A stretch of 64,000 bases of DNA from Alphaproteobacteria bacterium (GCA_024281375.1 JAJSAD010000020.1:7070-71069); one strand, 5' to 3'. Shown: positions 32,267 to 42,752, numbered from the stretch's first letter. Numbers and translations are program-made. The notes: generated by a model not told the origin, from the letters alone.

Positions 32267-33331
32267 ATGAAACCATTATTGATTGTTGCTGGCGGAACGG
32301 GTGGTCATGTGTATCCTGCTTTATCTTTGGCCTTAGAGTTGATTCAAGAAGGCCGAGACGTTTTGTTTTTAACGGATCGCCGGGGTGTGAGATATCTTGA
32401 AAATCATTTAGATGTTTTAAAACCTGTTGTGTTACCTCTAGACCGCAAAGGGGTGGGAGTAGGGGGGCTCCTTAAACTAATTTTTCAGTTTATTCACAGT
32501 TTTTTTGTCTCTTTAAAATATGTTTTAAAGACGAAAAGCATCATTGGTTTTAGTGGTTTTCCAACTTTTGCAACCTTGGTAGCAGGCCTTGTGACAGGAC
32601 GCGCCTTATTTGTGCACGAGCAAAATGCTGTGCTGGGTAAGGTTAACCGTTGGCTCTCTCCTTTTCTTAAAAAGATTTTTACATCGACCAAAACGATCTC
32701 AAAAGTTCCGCCTAAAGCGCGCCTAAAAATTCAGATCGTTGGGATTCCCGTGCGCTCTGATATTGCCGCTTTATTAGAGGCACCCTATGAGATGCCAACG
32801 GATAAAATTCATCTCCTCATGACGGGAGGAAGCCAAGGCGCTCAGTCTTTTTCCAATGTGATTCCCAAGGCTATTTCTCTTTTACCCCAGTCTCTTCAAC
32901 AGCGTTTGGTCATTACCCATCAAGTGCGGGAAGCAGACCAATCCCATGCTAAAACTCTTTATGCTCAAACAAAAGTAGGTACTTTGAAAATCGTCTCTTT
33001 TGTGGAAGATATGGCAGGGGAACTCAGGAAGGCTCATTTGGCTATTGTGCGCTCAGGGGCGTCAACTATAGCGGAACTTTGTGCAGCAGGGCGGCCATCT
33101 ATAATGATTCCCTATCCCTTTGCAACGGATGATCATCAGACGTTTAATGCCCATGACGTCACACGCTTGGGAGGAGGGTGGTTGATTGCCCCTCAAGATT
33201 TTAATCCAGAGCGGTTATGTGTTCTTCTTTTGGACCTTTTGGAGCATCCTAAAAAACTTTTGGTTGCCTCACAATGTGTTAAGGGTGGATATCTAAAAAG
33301 CAGTATAAAAGTCCTGGCGCAGAGCCTATGA
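32267..33331 (+). CDS. murG: Lipid II GlcNAc transferase
   Basis: GGTGGHVYP, HEQN, GGSQGA, RSGAST, DHQ--NA. Confidence 0.97.
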   Translation: MKPLLIVAGGTGGHVYPALSLALELIQEGRDVLFLTDRRGVRYLENHLDVLKPVVLPLDRKGVGVGGLLKLIFQFIHSFFVSLKYVLKTKSIIGFSGFPTFATLVAGLVTGRALFVHEQNAVLGKVNRWLSPFLKKIFTSTKTISKVPPKARLKIQIVGIPVRSDIAALLEAPYEMPTDKIHLLMTGGSQGAQSFSNVIPKAISLLPQSLQQRLVITHQVREADQSHAKTLYAQTKVGTLKIVSFVEDMAGELRKAHLAIVRSGASTIAELCAAGRPSIMIPYPFATDDHQTFNAHDVTRLGGGWLIAPQDFNPERLCVLLLDLLEHPKKLLVASQCVKGGYLKSSIKVLAQSL

Positions 33332-33368
33332 AGTGTGTATTTTTTAAAGAGTAAAAAGTAGAGTTTTA

Positions 33369-34877
33369 ATGAGAGTATCTTGTCAGTCCCTTGGTGTTAT
33401 TCACTTTGTCGGTATCGGTGGTATCGGCATGAGTGGTATTGCTGAAATTTTAAATTCCCTTGGGTATTCTGTGAGGGGGAGTGACCTTTCTGAAAATGCC
33501 AATGTCAAACGCCTTCGGGGTCTTGGGATTCCTGTTGTCATGGGTCAAAAGACAGAGAATATTGACGGCGCTTCTGTTGTGGTGGTCTCGTCGGCTATTC
33601 AATCCAGCAATGCAGAATTAAATGCAGCCCGGGCCCATATAATTCCTGTGGTTAAGCGGGCGGAGATGTTGGCTGAAATTATGCGCCTTCATCCGTCGAT
33701 TTCTGTTGCCGGCACCCATGGCAAGACAACGACAACATCCATAGGTGCGTGTGTTCTTGATCGAGGAGGTCTGGACCCAACGGTTATCAGTGGCGGGATT
33801 ATTAATGCCTATGGAACCAATGCGCGTTTAGGGTCGGGGGCATGGACCATTGTTGAGGCCGATGAATCTGATGGGACCTTTTCAAAGCTTCCTGCGACCA
33901 TTGCCATTGTGACCAATATCGATCCTGAGCATATGGAGCATTATGGCTCTTATGATGTATTGAAACAGGCTTTCCGAACTTATTTAGAAAATATCCCTTT
34001 TTATGGACTCGCTATTTTATGTGCGGATCATGAAGCCACATTGGAAATTGCAAAGAGTATTCAAGATCGCCGTGTATTGACTTATGGGATTCAGAATCAA
34101 CAGGCTGATGTGCGGGCTGTGAACTTAAAAGCGGATGCGTCTGGTATTTTCTTTGACCTTGTGTTTTCTGATCGTGTTCATCAAACCTTAAAACAGACAC
34201 TTGATCTTGATAAAACCATAGGATTTTTCCTTCCCATGATGGGAGAGCACAATGTTGCGAATGCTTTGTCTATTGTTGTGTGTGCTTTAGAGCTTGGGAT
34301 GGACCTGTCGATGATTAAAGAAGGGCTGGCTGAATTTGCCGGCGTGAAGCGTCGCTTTACAGTGGTTGGCGAAGCACAGGGTATGTGTTTTATAGACGAC
34401 TATGCTCACCATCCCATCGAGATTTCAGCGACCTTATCGGCTGCAAAACAAGTGTGTCACCATAAGGTCATAGCTATTGTCCAGCCTCACCGTTATTCAA
34501 GGTTAGCGGATTTATTTGAGGACTTTACCCTGTGTTTTAAGGATGCTGATGAAGTGATCCTAACCCCTGTTTATGCAGCGGGAGAACAACCCAATGTGCT
34601 AGCGACTCATCATACGTTGGCCCAGACTTTAAAAGATAAAGGCATGAGTGTTCATACAGTGAATTCTCAGGAAGAGTTACCCGCCTTGCTCAAAGAGCTC
34701 GGCATGCCCCACGATATGTGTGTGTTTATGGGGGCGGGTGATATTACAGCGTGGTGTTCCAGCGTTGTCATGTCTATGAAAGGAACATTAATAGGACCGA
34801 GTTTGTGCCTAAAACATCAAAAGAAAGAAACGGCTGCACAGTCTCAAATCGATAAGGAAAGATTAAACACAACTTAA
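33369..34877 (+). CDS. murC: UDP-MurNAc:L-Ala ligase
   Basis: GIGGIGMSG, GTHGKTTT, EADESDG, DDYAHHP, QPHRYSR. Confidence 0.98.
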   Translation: MRVSCQSLGVIHFVGIGGIGMSGIAEILNSLGYSVRGSDLSENANVKRLRGLGIPVVMGQKTENIDGASVVVVSSAIQSSNAELNAARAHIIPVVKRAEMLAEIMRLHPSISVAGTHGKTTTTSIGACVLDRGGLDPTVISGGIINAYGTNARLGSGAWTIVEADESDGTFSKLPATIAIVTNIDPEHMEHYGSYDVLKQAFRTYLENIPFYGLAILCADHEATLEIAKSIQDRRVLTYGIQNQQADVRAVNLKADASGIFFDLVFSDRVHQTLKQTLDLDKTIGFFLPMMGEHNVANALSIVVCALELGMDLSMIKEGLAEFAGVKRRFTVVGEAQGMCFIDDYAHHPIEISATLSAAKQVCHHKVIAIVQPHRYSRLADLFEDFTLCFKDADEVILTPVYAAGEQPNVLATHHTLAQTLKDKGMSVHTVNSQEELPALLKELGMPHDMCVFMGAGDITAWCSSVVMSMKGTLIGPSLCLKHQKKETAAQSQIDKERLNTT

Positions 34878-34898
34878 GATTAGTACAGGGATAATCCG

Positions 34899-35840
34899 AT
34901 GAAAAGTAGTAAGCGTAAGACCTCGATTTGTGAAAAATTGCCCACCGTCAGGGGGCAATATCGTGAAAAAGTCTCCCTTGCTCCTACCACGTGGTTTCGA
35001 GTGGGCGGAGAAGCTGAGACATTGTTTCGACCGGCTGATTATGAAGATTTAGGTGATTTTTTAAAGAATAAATCCAGCGACATATCCGTGATCACTATTG
35101 GGGTTGGCTCTAATCTGTTAGTGCGGGATGCGGGTATTCCTGGTGTTATTGTGCGTCTTGGGAGAGGCTTTACCAATATGGCAATCCATGACGGTTTCTT
35201 AGATGTGGGTGCCGGTGTTCTTGATAACACCATTGCTAAGATTGCGGCGGAAGAAGGACTCAAAGGCCTTGATTTTTTCTGTGGTATTCCGGGGACCATT
35301 GGAGGGGCTTTGCGTATGAATGCCGGATGTTATGGCACAGAGGTTAAAGATATTCTTGAAGCAGCCTTTGTCCTTGATCCAAAAGGGAAGCTCCATAGGT
35401 TGACGACAGAAGACCTTGGGTATACCTATCGTCATTGTGGTTTGCCTGCGGATTGGACTTTTATTGGGGCTCGTTTTAAGGCGCCGTCCGGGAATAAGCG
35501 GATGATTCAGGAATCTATCAGGAGACTTTTGAGGCAACGGGAAGAAACTCAGCCCATTCGAGAACGTACAGGGGGAAGTACCTTTGCGAATCCAACGGGT
35601 CATAAGGCTTGGGAGTTGATTGATCAGGCAGGATGCCGTGGTTTGAAAATTGGTGGCGCACAAATATCCGAAAAACATTGCAATTTTCTCATTAATTTTG
35701 ACAATGCAACTGCTTTTGATCTTGAAGAATTGGGAGAAATCGTTAAAAAGAGAGTAAAGGATAAAAGTGGTATAGAGTTACGTTGGGAAATCCAACGGGT
35801 CGGCCGTTTTTTAGACCAAGAACTTAAAAAGGCTGCTTGA
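34899..35840 (+). CDS. murB: UDP-N-acetylenolpyruvoylglucosamine reductase
   Basis: GSNLLVRD, IPGTIGGALRMNAG, GGSTFANP, SEKHCNF. Confidence 0.98.
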   Translation: MKSSKRKTSICEKLPTVRGQYREKVSLAPTTWFRVGGEAETLFRPADYEDLGDFLKNKSSDISVITIGVGSNLLVRDAGIPGVIVRLGRGFTNMAIHDGFLDVGAGVLDNTIAKIAAEEGLKGLDFFCGIPGTIGGALRMNAGCYGTEVKDILEAAFVLDPKGKLHRLTTEDLGYTYRHCGLPADWTFIGARFKAPSGNKRMIQESIRRLLRQREETQPIRERTGGSTFANPTGHKAWELIDQAGCRGLKIGGAQISEKHCNFLINFDNATAFDLEELGEIVKKRVKDKSGIELRWEIQRVGRFLDQELKKAA

Positions 35841-35879
35841 TTTATATTAAGGAGTCTTCAAAAGAAGTAACGAAAAATA

Positions 35880-36908
35880 ATGTTGTCAAACAATATTAAA
35901 AAAGTAGCCCTCTTAAAAGGGGGCTGGAATTCAGAGCGAGACGTCTCCTTGAGCAGTGCCAAGGGGATTTTTCCCGCTTTGTGTGGGGCTGGGTTTGAGG
36001 TGCTTGAGATTGATGTGACGCGAGATATTCAGAAATTGATCAAACACCTTAAGGATTTTGAGCCCGATGTTGTGTGCCTTAATGCGCTTCATGGGCGGTA
36101 TGTTGAAGACGGGATGATGCAAGGCCTTCTAGAAATGTTAGGCTATCCCTACACGGGGTCCGATGTTTTATCGTCAGCTATTGCTTTTGATAAAGCGCGC
36201 TCTAAGTCTTTATTCGAGGCAAACGGTGTTCTCACTCCTAAAGGCCAAACCTTTGTGGCCGTTGATTTTTTTGCTCAACGGGCACCTAGTATGCGGGCAC
36301 CTGGTGTAGACTATCCTTTTGTGGCAAAGCCCTTGAATGAAGGGTCCAGTGTTGGCGTTTTTTTGATTCATACCCTTGAAGATTTTCAACGGGCTGCAAA
36401 GAAATGGTGTTATGGAAAGACTGTTCTTGTTGAAGATTACATTCCAGGGCGGGAACTTTCTATTGCCTTGATGAATAATAAGGCATTGGGTATTCTTGAA
36501 CTGTGCCCTAAAGAAGGATTTTATGATTACGCAGCTAAATATACCGATGGGTTAACTGATCACATTATGCCCGCGAATTTGTCTCCTGAGGACTATGCGG
36601 GTGTGATGGAGATGGCTCAGAATGCGGTGAAGGCTTTGGGTGTTTCAGGGATTTTACGGGCGGACATTCGCTTCGATGATACCCGCCCCCCCGGACAGAG
36701 GGCTTTTGTATTAGAGATTAATACACTGCCCGGTATGACGACTTTGTCTATTGTTCCGGAGGTCGCTGATTTTGCTGGATTTAGTTATGAACAACTTTGT
36801 AAATGGATGGTAGAGAACCCTATATGGCCCCAAGAAAAGCCCCGTCAAAAAAGAGCTCCCCAAGACGCAGAAAACCCACTCGTAAAAACGGTTTATTCGT
36901 CACATTAA
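35880..36908 (+). CDS. ddl: D-Ala-D-Ala ligase
   Basis: GG--SERDVSL-S, LHG---EDG, EGSSVG, YDYAAKY, EINTLPGMT. Confidence 0.97.
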   Translation: MLSNNIKKVALLKGGWNSERDVSLSSAKGIFPALCGAGFEVLEIDVTRDIQKLIKHLKDFEPDVVCLNALHGRYVEDGMMQGLLEMLGYPYTGSDVLSSAIAFDKARSKSLFEANGVLTPKGQTFVAVDFFAQRAPSMRAPGVDYPFVAKPLNEGSSVGVFLIHTLEDFQRAAKKWCYGKTVLVEDYIPGRELSIALMNNKALGILELCPKEGFYDYAAKYTDGLTDHIMPANLSPEDYAGVMEMAQNAVKALGVSGILRADIRFDDTRPPGQRAFVLEINTLPGMTTLSIVPEVADFAGFSYEQLCKWMVENPIWPQEKPRQKRAPQDAENPLVKTVYSSH

Positions 36909-37684
36909 AGCGTTTTCTTTTAGTTTTAACCCTGGCTGTCGTTTTAGGGAGTGGGTCTCTTGTGTATTGGTTTTTTTCCAGCGGGAAGGCAATACGTCTT
37001 TTTCAGAAGACTCAGCATGGTTTTGAAAAGCGTCTTAGTCGTCTTGGTTTTACCTTGCAACATATTGTGGTAGATGGCCGTATTCGTACCAATACTCAGA
37101 AGTTGATGTATGAGCTTAATCTTCAAAAAGGTCACTATATCTATGACCTTGATTTATCTCAAACCCTAGAGCGTTTGCAGAAACTTCCCTGGGTTCATAG
37201 TGCAAGATTAGAGCGCCGTCTGCCGGATACGTTGTTTGTCAAACTTGTCGAGAAGCATCCTGTTGCTTTTTGGCAGCATAAGAAAAAACATTATTTGGTG
37301 GATACCTATGGTACTCTAATTGGAGAATTTCCTTTGAAAGATTATCCAGGGTATTTGGTGGCGACCGGTGAGGGAGCTGCTGAAAAGCTTCCCTGGCTTG
37401 TGCAAAAAATTGGAGCCTACGAAAGCGTTTTTGCCAAAACAACGGGAGCCGTATTTGTAAGTAAGCGCCGTTGGGATTTGGTCCTGAATAATGTTGTGAC
37501 CATTAAGCTTCCTGAGGATAATATTGACGAGGCTTTAGAGCGTATCGCAGAGCTTGATCGAGAGAATAGGTTGTCTTCTTCGGAAGTTGATACCATTGAT
37601 TTAAGATCTCCTGGAAAGGTGTATTTTTACCTCTCGAAGGAAGGCCTGAAGCGTCAAAAAGATAGTCATGGCAAGGCCGTTTAA
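36803..37684 (+). CDS. ftsQ: Cell division protein FtsQ
   Basis: Basic N-tail, TM, POTRA (LPWV--A--RRLPD-L), RRWDL, IDLR. Start uncertain, perhaps MAPRK. Confidence 0.9.
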   Translation: MDGREPYMAPRKAPSKKSSPRRRKPTRKNGLFVTLKRFLLVLTLAVVLGSGSLVYWFFSSGKAIRLFQKTQHGFEKRLSRLGFTLQHIVVDGRIRTNTQKLMYELNLQKGHYIYDLDLSQTLERLQKLPWVHSARLERRLPDTLFVKLVEKHPVAFWQHKKKHYLVDTYGTLIGEFPLKDYPGYLVATGEGAAEKLPWLVQKIGAYESVFAKTTGAVFVSKRRWDLVLNNVVTIKLPEDNIDEALERIAELDRENRLSSSEVDTIDLRSPGKVYFYLSKEGLKRQKDSHGKAV

Positions 37685-37709
37685 TAGACTTATAAAAAGA
37701 GAAAGCAAA

Positions 37710-38981
37710 ATGGCTTTTAAGTTAATTCGACATCGTTTTTCAAAGACCAATGAGACCATTGTGGCGGGTCTTGATATTGGCACCAGCAAGGTGTGTTGCT
37801 CTGTTGCACGCATTGAGTCTTCTGGTGAGCTAACGGTTTTGGGCTATGGTTTTTATGGGTCTCGAGGTCTTCGTGGTGGCATGATTGTTGATATGGAAGC
37901 CCTCCAAGAGGCCGTGGCTCATGCGGTTCATGGTGCTGAAGAAATGGCGGGAGAGACCCTTCATGAAGTGTATGTTTCCGTTTCAGCAGCTTTGTGCCAC
38001 TCAAAGGCCGTTCGAGTTGATTTGCCCATTTCATCCCATGCTGTGGATGATGATGACATCAAGAAGATTATTCAACAGGCTGTTGGATCTGTTCAAAAAC
38101 ATCAAGCCGTTGTAATTCACAATATTCCTTTAAATTATGACATCGATGGCGTGCCGGGTATTCGAGATCCCCGGGGGATGTTTGGCGAGCTTTTAAAGGC
38201 AAAAATTCATTTGATGCTTTGTCCCAGGACGCCGCTGCGGAACTTATCGGCTTGTGTTGAGCGATCTCACTTAGATGTCTCAGGATTTGTTTCTTCGGTT
38301 TATGCGTCTGGTATGGCAACATTGGTTGATGATGAACTTGATCTTGGGGTGACCCTCATTGATATGGGGGCGGGGTCTACAACCATAGGCCTCTTTTTTA
38401 ATGGCAAGCTTTCCCATGTGGATTATGTCCCTATTGGGGGCGCTCATGTCACGTCAGATATTGCCCGCTGTTTTTCAACGCCACCCATTCAGGCCGAGCG
38501 TTTAAAGACGCTTCATGGGTCTGCTCTTGTGTCGCCGTCCGATGGTCGGGAAAGCATTGTGGTGCCTCAAATCGGGGATGAAGAGAACGCTAAGGGTCAT
38601 CAAGTGACAAAGACCGAATTAACGGAAGTTATTCGCCCCCGTGTTGAGGAAATTTTTGAAAAAGTAAAAGCAAAAATTAACCAGAACCCAGCCCATAAAT
38701 ATGTGGGGCGTCGCCTTGTTTTAACGGGGGGAGGAAGCTTGCTGAGTGGGGTGCCCGAGATTGCAGGTATGGTGCTAGATAAGCAAACACGTCTTGCGAA
38801 ACCTTTGCATATTTCTGGTTTAAGCGAGATTGCTCGGGTGCCTAGTTTTTCGACCTGTGCCGGTTTAATGGTTTATGGTCAAAAGCAAAAGGGTCCCTAT
38901 GCGATGTTAGCTTCTAGGCGTCAGGGAGACGCCCCCACAAAGTTTGGTCGCCTAGGAGGTTGGCTTAAGGAAAATTTCTAA
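37710..38981 (+). CDS. ftsA: Cell division protein FtsA
   Basis: LDIGTSKV, DMGAGSTT, GG-HVT-DIA, VLTGGG, C-terminal WLKENF. Start uncertain (37668 or 37710). Confidence 0.97.
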   Translation: MAFKLIRHRFSKTNETIVAGLDIGTSKVCCSVARIESSGELTVLGYGFYGSRGLRGGMIVDMEALQEAVAHAVHGAEEMAGETLHEVYVSVSAALCHSKAVRVDLPISSHAVDDDDIKKIIQQAVGSVQKHQAVVIHNIPLNYDIDGVPGIRDPRGMFGELLKAKIHLMLCPRTPLRNLSACVERSHLDVSGFVSSVYASGMATLVDDELDLGVTLIDMGAGSTTIGLFFNGKLSHVDYVPIGGAHVTSDIARCFSTPPIQAERLKTLHGSALVSPSDGRESIVVPQIGDEENAKGHQVTKTELTEVIRPRVEEIFEKVKAKINQNPAHKYVGRRLVLTGGGSLLSGVPEIAGMVLDKQTRLAKPLHISGLSEIARVPSFSTCAGLMVYGQKQKGPYAMLASRRQGDAPTKFGRLGGWLKENF

Positions 38982-39015
38982 AGATCTCTCTCTCACGACT
39001 ACATCATTTTAATGA

Positions 39016-39372
39016 CTACCTTCCCAATAACCAGAAAACGAAATAGAGAATTTGAATGCCGAACAATAATAACGCTATAATACTCCACCTTTTTTGATTT
39101 TTCAAATAATGATCAAGATTTTTCCAATTTCTGTTTTTCCATCCCCATGCTTTCGCTTTAAACCCAATATAAATTTGTAAACCCAATAATATCAAGGACG
39201 TCGCTGGTATCAGCACACTCAAAAATAGCAATAAAATATAAGATGCAAGTGCTATCCATGACTTGTGGAATAGACACCAAATAGGCGTTAATATATAGGC
39301 ACCCCAATGAAAGCTAAAGATGGCTTCTGGTAGGGGATTTGTTTTACTTTCTTTTACATTATTCAACTTCAT
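39016..39372 (-). CDS. Small membrane protein (F-WGA...IW motif, DUF2628-like)
   Basis: FHWGAYILTPIWCLFHK and QKRW. About three hydrophobic segments. Convergent with ftsA. Confidence 0.7.
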   Translation of the reverse strand: MKLNNVKESKTNPLPEAIFSFHWGAYILTPIWCLFHKSWIALASYILLLFLSVLIPATSLILLGLQIYIGFKAKAWGWKNRNWKNLDHYLKNQKRWSIIALLLFGIQILYFVFWLLGR

Positions 39373-39982
39373 TTTTCCTTCATTTTTCCATCAAGTCTAT
39401 GTTCGGAATTGATAGTAATTTTTCAATATTTGGGACTCTGTTGTATATAAATTACCCGTCATAAAAGGTACAGATATTTTTTGGTAACCGAATGATGCGA
39501 AAAGAAAAAAGCGCAAGGGGGTAAAAGAGGTTTATGCACAATCATTGTCCCAAAAATATTAACGTAAAAATACAATATAAAAATAAATTTTAAAAGTCAA
39601 ATTTTTTCGTATTTCCTTATAAGGGTAGTTCTATATAATAATTAAAAAATGTTATTAGGATTGATAAATTTTTTGTAATAAATTCCTTGTTTTAGCAAAT
39701 TTTTGACTAATGATCAAAAATATCTATATGGTAAAAGTTACACTGTAGGAGGTAGAAGGTGGGGGGTTTAGAGAGGAGAGAGGTGAGAGTTTGGAAAGAA
39801 AAGAAAGACTGAAATTTGAAGGAATGAGGGGAAAAGGAAGTGTGAGAGATAAGAAAAATTCTTAAAAATTTCTGAGTTTTTATAAGGAATAAAAATAAAG
39901 TGACAGATAGTGTGAAAAGAGACTTAAAAAATAATCAAATAAAGCATACAATAAAGCATACATCGTTTTTTGGAGAATAATA

Positions 39983-41464
39983 ATGACAACTGCCCCCACC
40001 AATTTATCTGATACGAAATCCCCAGGCCCCAAGATCACCGTTGTTGGTGTGGGGGGTGCTGGTAATAATGCGGTAAATAATATGATTCGCTATAGTCTTC
40101 AGGGAGTGGAATATCTTGCGTGCAATACGGATGCTCAACACCTTGACCAATCTCTTGTCCCAACGGATCGTCGCATCCAATTGGGTCCTGATGTAACTCA
40201 AGGATTGGGAGCAGGTTCCCACCCTGAGGTTGGTCGTGCGTCTGCTGAGTAAAGCTTGGATGAGGTTATCCGTCATCTTAAGGGTAGCAATATGGTTTTT
40301 ATCACGGCTGGTATGGGTGGGGGGACTGGAACCGGAGCAGCTCCTGTGATTGCTCAGGCTGCCCGTGAAATGGGGATTCTAACCGTTGGCGTCGTGACGC
40401 GCCCCTTTAATTTTGAAGGGCCTCATCGGATGCGTATGGCCGACAGTGGTATTGGGGAGATGGAACAATATGTTGATACGCTTATCATTATTCCGAACCA
40501 AAATCTTTTCCTGGTTGCAACCGATAAAACCACCTTTGCCGATGCCTTTAAAATGGCCGATGATGTGTTGTATTCTGGTGTTCGAGGGGTGACGGATTTG
40601 ATGATTATGCCAGGGCTTGTGAACCTTGACTTTGCGGATATCAGAGCCGTTATGACCGAGATGGGTAAAGCCATGATGGGAACGGGCGAAGCTTCTGGTG
40701 AGGAGCGTGCCATTACGGCTGCGGAGGCGGCGATTTCTAATCCCTTGTTGGATGATGTGTCCATGCGAGGGGCTAAGGGTGTTTTGATTAATATCACCGG
40801 TGGCATGGATATGACGTTGTTTGAAGTGGATGCGGCTGCGAATCGTATCCGTGAAGAAATTGATGCGGATATCACCATCGAGACAAACATTATTTTTGGA
40901 TCAACCTTTGATGAAACTCTTGATGGGAAAATGCGTATTTCCGTTGTGGCAACGGGTATTGATTCCGAAGAAATTAAGCGTCGTTTAGCTGAAAATGTTG
41001 TTGAAAAACAAAGAGAAGCGGCGGCTCAAGAGCATGCTGAAACACAGTTGAATATGGATAATGAACTCAGCATTGCGGGGCACTCTGCCCCTGATAGCTA
41101 CACAGATCCAGCAGATTTTGCGGGAGACAGGGTCTCTGGCGATACAACGTCCTATGAATTCGACACGGTTCAAGTGGGAACGGGTGTGGGGGATAGTGAC
41201 GATTTTGAGCCCGCTAATGACGAGAGTGGTTATGAAGAAGACATGCCCTCTCAGTCTTTGCCAATGCCCAAAAAGAAAGGGTTCTTTGGTCGTTTTATGT
41301 CAACACTTTCTGGTAATAATGACGAGATTCAAGACGCAAATCGTAAGGGACATGCTTCTGTTCATGCCGAAGAACCCTCTTTAAACGAAGACTACCTTGA
41401 GGATGATTTTGAAACAACGGATGTTCAAGATATTCCGGCGTATTTGCGTCGTAAATCAAAGTAG
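39983..41464 (+). pseudogene. ftsZ: FtsZ with a single in-frame TAA at 40250-40252 (probable base-call error rather than a true pseudogene)
   Basis: [11 protein letters not shown]...GRASAE*SLDE...[16 protein letters not shown]-terminal DIPAYLRR. Both ORFs are in the same frame. Confidence 0.9.
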
Positions 41465-41477
41465 ATTTCTCTAGGAT

Positions 41478-41543
41478 GGTTTACCACCCGTCAGTTTTCT
41501 TCTAAGAAGAAAGGGGCTCGGTATTCCTCCTTTCTCTCCCTCT
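41478..41543 (+). repeat. 3'-UTR repeat family B, copy 1
   Basis: TTACCACCCGTCAGTTTTCTTCTAAGAAG followed by a pyrimidine tract. Near-identical to the reverse complement of 62219-62248. Confidence 0.65.
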
Positions 41544-41696
41544 TTATCCGCATAAATCATGCCGTCTTTTGGAGATACATTTTTTTCAAGCCCTCCCCAT
41601 CGGTCGTATTGGCCGGTGTGAGGGCAACCTTGTTGATGAAACCATGCTTCATATCAACGCTGGCGTGTTTTTTATAGCCATACCAGAACTTCTTTT
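41541..41696 (-). mobile_element. IS5-family transposase remnant (frameshifted fragment)
   Basis: Minus strand translates KKFWYGYKKHASVDMKHGFINKVALTPANTTDGEGLK, then shifts frame in an A7 run to VSPKDGMIYADK. GYK-H--VD, TPAN--D and YADK are IS5 DDE motifs. Confidence 0.85.
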
Positions 41697-41718
41697 CTTA
41701 TGAACTGCCTAAACTCCT

Positions 41719-42576
41719 TTAGCTCTTAACTTCGAAGGCATCCACTGTCCTCCCATCAATAGTCACAAATTTAAATTTTAAGGATTCTTGTCCGATGGTA
41801 AGAAACAAAGCGCCAAACTGATCATTATAGCGAACAACACTTCCTCGTGCTTCCTTTTTAAAACCTCGAATATAGGGTGTCCCTCCCAGACCATTCACCA
41901 CGTAACTCACACCATCCCTATTGATTCTCTCATAGTTATGCTCATGACCACTCATCACAACATCCACACCCCACTTCTTAAAGGGCCATTGCATATGTTC
42001 TGAGGGACCATGGTATCCTGATGAATAAGGAGGATGGTGAAAATAAACAACCTTGAATTTTGCTGTGGAGGCCTCCAGTTTTTTCTTCAACCATTTAGCC
42101 TGCTGAGAATGACTGCTCGTTCCATCTTGTTCAAGGGAGTCACTATTAAGGGAGAAAAAATGAACAGGGCCACACACAAAATCATAGTAACGTCCATTTC
42201 CAGGAGGCTTAAAATAGGAAAGATAGGTTGGCAATTTTCCGTTTTCTACATCATGATTACCAATGCTGGGATAGAAGTTACCTTGGGAAAGGTATTTTGA
42301 ATAGTAACGCCCCACAACATTATCAACAGCTTTCATTGTCTTGGCAGCTGGGTAAATATTATCTCCAAGGGTAATAATGAAATTTGGGTCGATGCTTTTC
42401 ACAAGTTTAGAAACAGCGGCATTGCCATTGTCTTCTCCATCATGACCATAATCTCCGATTACAGCAACACGCCTTGGGTGATCGCTGGAATTCTCTGAAC
42501 AAAATTCTTGAGCCTTTAAGTTGAATGTGAAGAATAAAAATACAGCCAATAATAAGGGTATATAATTTAAATTCAT
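41719..42576 (-). CDS. Secreted calcineurin-like metallophosphoesterase (acid phosphatase-like)
   Basis: GDYG, GDNIY, GNHD, HHPPYSSG-HG, SGHEH-YER. Signal peptide. Confidence 0.92.
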   Translation of the reverse strand: MNLNYIPLLLAVFLFFTFNLKAQEFCSENSSDHPRRVAVIGDYGHDGEDNGNAAVSKLVKSIDPNFIITLGDNIYPAAKTMKAVDNVVGRYYSKYLSQGNFYPSIGNHDVENGKLPTYLSYFKPPGNGRYYDFVCGPVHFFSLNSDSLEQDGTSSHSQQAKWLKKKLEASTAKFKVVYFHHPPYSSGYHGPSEHMQWPFKKWGVDVVMSGHEHNYERINRDGVSYVVNGLGGTPYIRGFKKEARGSVVRYNDQFGALFLTIGQESLKFKFVTIDGRTVDAFEVKS

Positions 42577-42635
42577 TAAAATTTACCTTTTTAATTTAAC
42601 AATGAAATCCTCGATTTAAATAATAAACTAAAAAA

Positions 42636-42651
42636 GTTAATATTTCTTTAA
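42636..42651 (-). promoter_or_regulatory. Putative CtrA box
   Basis: Minus strand TTAA-AGAAATA-TTAAC, 60 bp upstream of the phosphatase start. Confidence 0.4.
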
Positions 42652-42714
42652 AGGGGAAGAAAAAGAGAATGAAAAATATGTCAGGGGATCCTGTCACTTA
42701 CCAACCACCCGTTT

Positions 42715-42752
42715 AGAAGAGAAGAGGAAGAGAGGCCCCTTTTACAGCTCCT
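42715..42752 (-). repeat. 3'-UTR repeat family B, partial copy
   Basis: AGCTGTAAAAGGGGCCTCTCTTCCTCTTCTCTTCT resembles AGCTGTAAAGGGAGCTTCCTTTCCCTTCTCTTCT (minus strand, 62188-62221). Confidence 0.55.

Noticed and set aside
8448-40252. Alternative genetic code (TAA=Glu or TGG=Gly)
   Set aside because: TAA ends many genes here and TGG encodes conserved Trp in MraY, FtsW and FtsQ. Isolated substitutions explain the cases better.
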